Below, piece after piece: positions 62,271 to 64,000 of a stretch of DNA of 64,000 nt. Both the position numbers and the translations under genes were made by a program. Position 1 is the first letter of the stretch. Each line of letters opens with the position of its first letter. Location: IMG/VR virus record IMGVR_UViG_3300047311_000826, positions 1 to 64,000 of that record; one strand, 5' to 3'. Source of the stretch: a virus. The notes below the pieces were generated by a model that had not been told where the DNA came from, did not search any database, and saw only the letters and a program-made list of their open reading frames with translations.

Positions 62271-62461
62271 GTCGTCACCTTCTCGATGACGGGCAGGATC
62301 GCATCGATGATCCGCTCGACGTCGATCAACAGATCGACATCCGTGGCACCACGCCCAGGAATGACAATAGCGTCCCCCACCATTTCAGCGTGCGCACCAA
62401 GTTGGTTGAGGATCGCAGCGGTGATCGCGTCGTTGAGTTTGTCTCGGTCAGCGGTGGTCAT
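62267..62461 (-). CDS. hypothetical protein (64 aa)
   Basis: ORF track. 4-nt overlaps on both sides. Confidence 0.4.
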   Translation of the reverse strand: MTTADRDKLNDAITAAILNQLGAHAEMVGDAIVIPGRGATDVDLLIDVERIIDAILPVIEKVTT

Positions 62462-64000
62462 ATTGTCACCTGTTGCATCTCGGTGTCGGACAGGGCGCGG
62501 TTCCAGTAGGTCACGCGGCGTATATAGCCGGTTGGCATGGACTGGTATCCAACCTGATCACCAAAGAATTTAAGCGTTGTAATGACAGGAAGCGAACCAT
62601 TCCATGGGTTCAATGCCATCATGGTTCCACCAACCGCGCCCTTGGCTGTTGCCTGTTGATACGCGATTGCCGCCTTCCGCACGGCTCCAACTGCTATAGC
62701 GCCCATGACGCCACCAGATACAACACTACTTCCGTTCGCCGTGATTACCATGTTACCCGCGAGATTATCCTGTTGCACATAAAGACTGATGAAATCGGTA
62801 GTTACAATGGCTCCAGTCAAAGATGTGACATGAGAATATGAACCAATCGGTTCACCAAGATATACAAACTCAGCTTGCAACGTGCCGAAGTTCGCGTTGA
62901 ACCAACTCACGTTGGTTAGCATCGATGCGACATCAGCCGCCCTGGTCACCGACACCGATGTCGTTGGGATGTGACTGGTCGGGAACGCGCCAGCCTCGAC
63001 CTGATTGCCCCAGACCCATACACCATCGACGTTGTTACCCGCGAACACGGCGCTACCGGTGTTATCACAAGGAACGATATTCGCGATATAAGCACCAACG
63101 GTCGAGGTGGATGTATTGCTCGCGGAGCACCGATACCAGCCATTGCCCACCGCTTGGATTTGTCCCGAGCCATTTGGTGCCTGACTACTAACTGTTCCGT
63201 TCGACAGGTCGAACACCACCGACTGGTAAGTCGGGTAGGAACTGTTTTCCAGTCCTATCCTGCACAACTTAATTCCAGCCGCCTTCATGTAGACGGAATA
63301 CGTATAAGTCGTGTTGATCGCACCAGTCTGCTGGCCGACGAAAAGCTGATGCACGGTGTTCGTCGAACCAGGAATTAACGCCATCGCATCACTGGCGCCC
63401 GATGGGCTGACGCCGATGTTTTGCGTATAGCCATCCTGTGATGCGTTGGCTGGCTGATTGGCCGCCCAGTTCACGCTCGGAGCGACGACATTGGCGCGCT
63501 GTTCTTCGATCAGCAAACCTTGCAACACACCCGCTTTGTAATCCCAACGCGGCGCGTTGACCGCCGCCGTCTGAACCAATCCGCTGGCGTTGACATAGGT
63601 CGCGGTCGATGCGCGCGTGAACGTGATACGGCTGTCGAGCGTGCCGGGTGTCATGAAGTCGAGCGATAACGTGGGACCATCAAGTGTGGTCGCGCTGATC
63701 AGTTCGCTCTGGCTCAGTTGCCGGGGCCAGTAGCGCGTGCGTCGTGCCCACTGGCTCATGGAATATTGGTAAATCACCGGACCAGACAGGGTCAGCTTAA
63801 CAATCACGGGAAGCGACGCGGGAGGACCAACCGAATTGAAATCATGCGGGATCGCATTATGCGCCGCGTTAACATTTTTGTTGATGGCCCATGACATGGC
63901 GCCGCGTTGTGATACATCACGAAACACCGTCAGTGACGGGCCCCAGTTGGCGGCACCAACACCGGTCCCGCTGGCATTGACAGAAACCCCATTTATAGTA
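62458..64000 (-). CDS. tail or receptor-binding protein with ConA/LamG-like jelly-roll domain(s); the 5' end may lie beyond the window
   Basis: The track gives 62458-63927 (GTG start), but the frame stays open to position 63999. The C-terminus ..YIRRVTYWNRALSDTEMQQVTI, and an upstream ..RRTRYWPRQLSQSELISAT, look like the ends of two tandem LamG-type domains. Confidence 0.5.
   Translation of the reverse strand, partial: TINGVSVNASGTGVGAANWGPSLTVFRDVSQRGAMSWAINKNVNAAHNAIPHDFNSVGPPASLPVIVKLTLSGPVIYQYSMSQWARRTRYWPRQLSQSELISATTLDGPTLSLDFMTPGTLDSRITFTRASTATYVNASGLVQTAAVNAPRWDYKAGVLQGLLIEEQRANVVAPSVNWAANQPANASQDGYTQNIGVSPSGASDAMALIPGSTNTVHQLFVGQQTGAINTTYTYSVYMKAAGIKLCRIGLENSSYPTYQSVVFDLSNGTVSSQAPNGSGQIQAVGNGWYRCSASNTSTSTVGAYIANIVPCDNTGSAVFAGNNVDGVWVWGNQVEAGAFPTSHIPTTSVSVTRAADVASMLTNVSWFNANFGTLQAEFVYLGEPIGSYSHVTSLTGAIVTTDFISLYVQQDNLAGNMVITANGSSVVSGGVMGAIAVGAVRKAAIAYQQATAKGAVGGTMMALNPWNGSLPVITTLKFFGDQVGYQSMPTGYIRRVTYWNRALSDTEMQQVTI

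Noticed and set aside
1-64000. tRNA, rRNA or tmRNA genes.
   Set aside because: No cloverleaf-like or rRNA-like segment was recognised by eye in the few non-coding gaps. This is not an exhaustive search, and tRNAscan-SE or Infernal would be needed for certainty.

Overview
The window is GC-rich and densely coding. It reads as most of the genome of a tailed dsDNA phage or prophage, probably short-tailed: I see no tape-measure or sheath gene, and there are very large ejection-type proteins. The layout has five parts. (1) 1-20.3 kb on the minus strand is a late operon: portal, small Gly-rich proteins, scaffold, P22-coat-like capsid, a GIY-YIG endonuclease insertion, then a battery of receptor-binding proteins. 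(2) 16.06-19.35 kb on the plus strand is a packaging cassette: terS-like gene, a DUF2829/Tad2-like gene, a DUF3309-like membrane peptide and terL. (3) 20.3-21.2 kb is a roughly 0.8 kb non-coding control region. (4) 21.2-45.5 kb on the plus strand holds early and replication genes: many small ORFs, an HNH gene, a MoxR-type AAA ATPase plus VWA/HExxH protein, family A DNA polymerase, ParB-like nuclease, Cas4-like nuclease, VRR-NUC, SNF2 helicase and a primase-helicase. (5) 45.3-64 kb on the minus strand is a second late operon: a LamG-like tail protein, a 763-aa nozzle-like protein, ejection proteins including a 1049-aa transglycosylase protein and a 2362-aa giant, and, interleaved with them, GNAT, SAM-methyltransferase and PAPS-reductase-family genes. 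I recognised no integrase, repressor, rRNA, tRNA or CRISPR array. The most unusual signals are a quasi-palindromic motif of about 16 nt present in roughly 40 copies and fused to most early-gene start sites, and the enzyme trio inside the ejection-protein operon. All domain calls rest on motifs read by eye. No database search was run.
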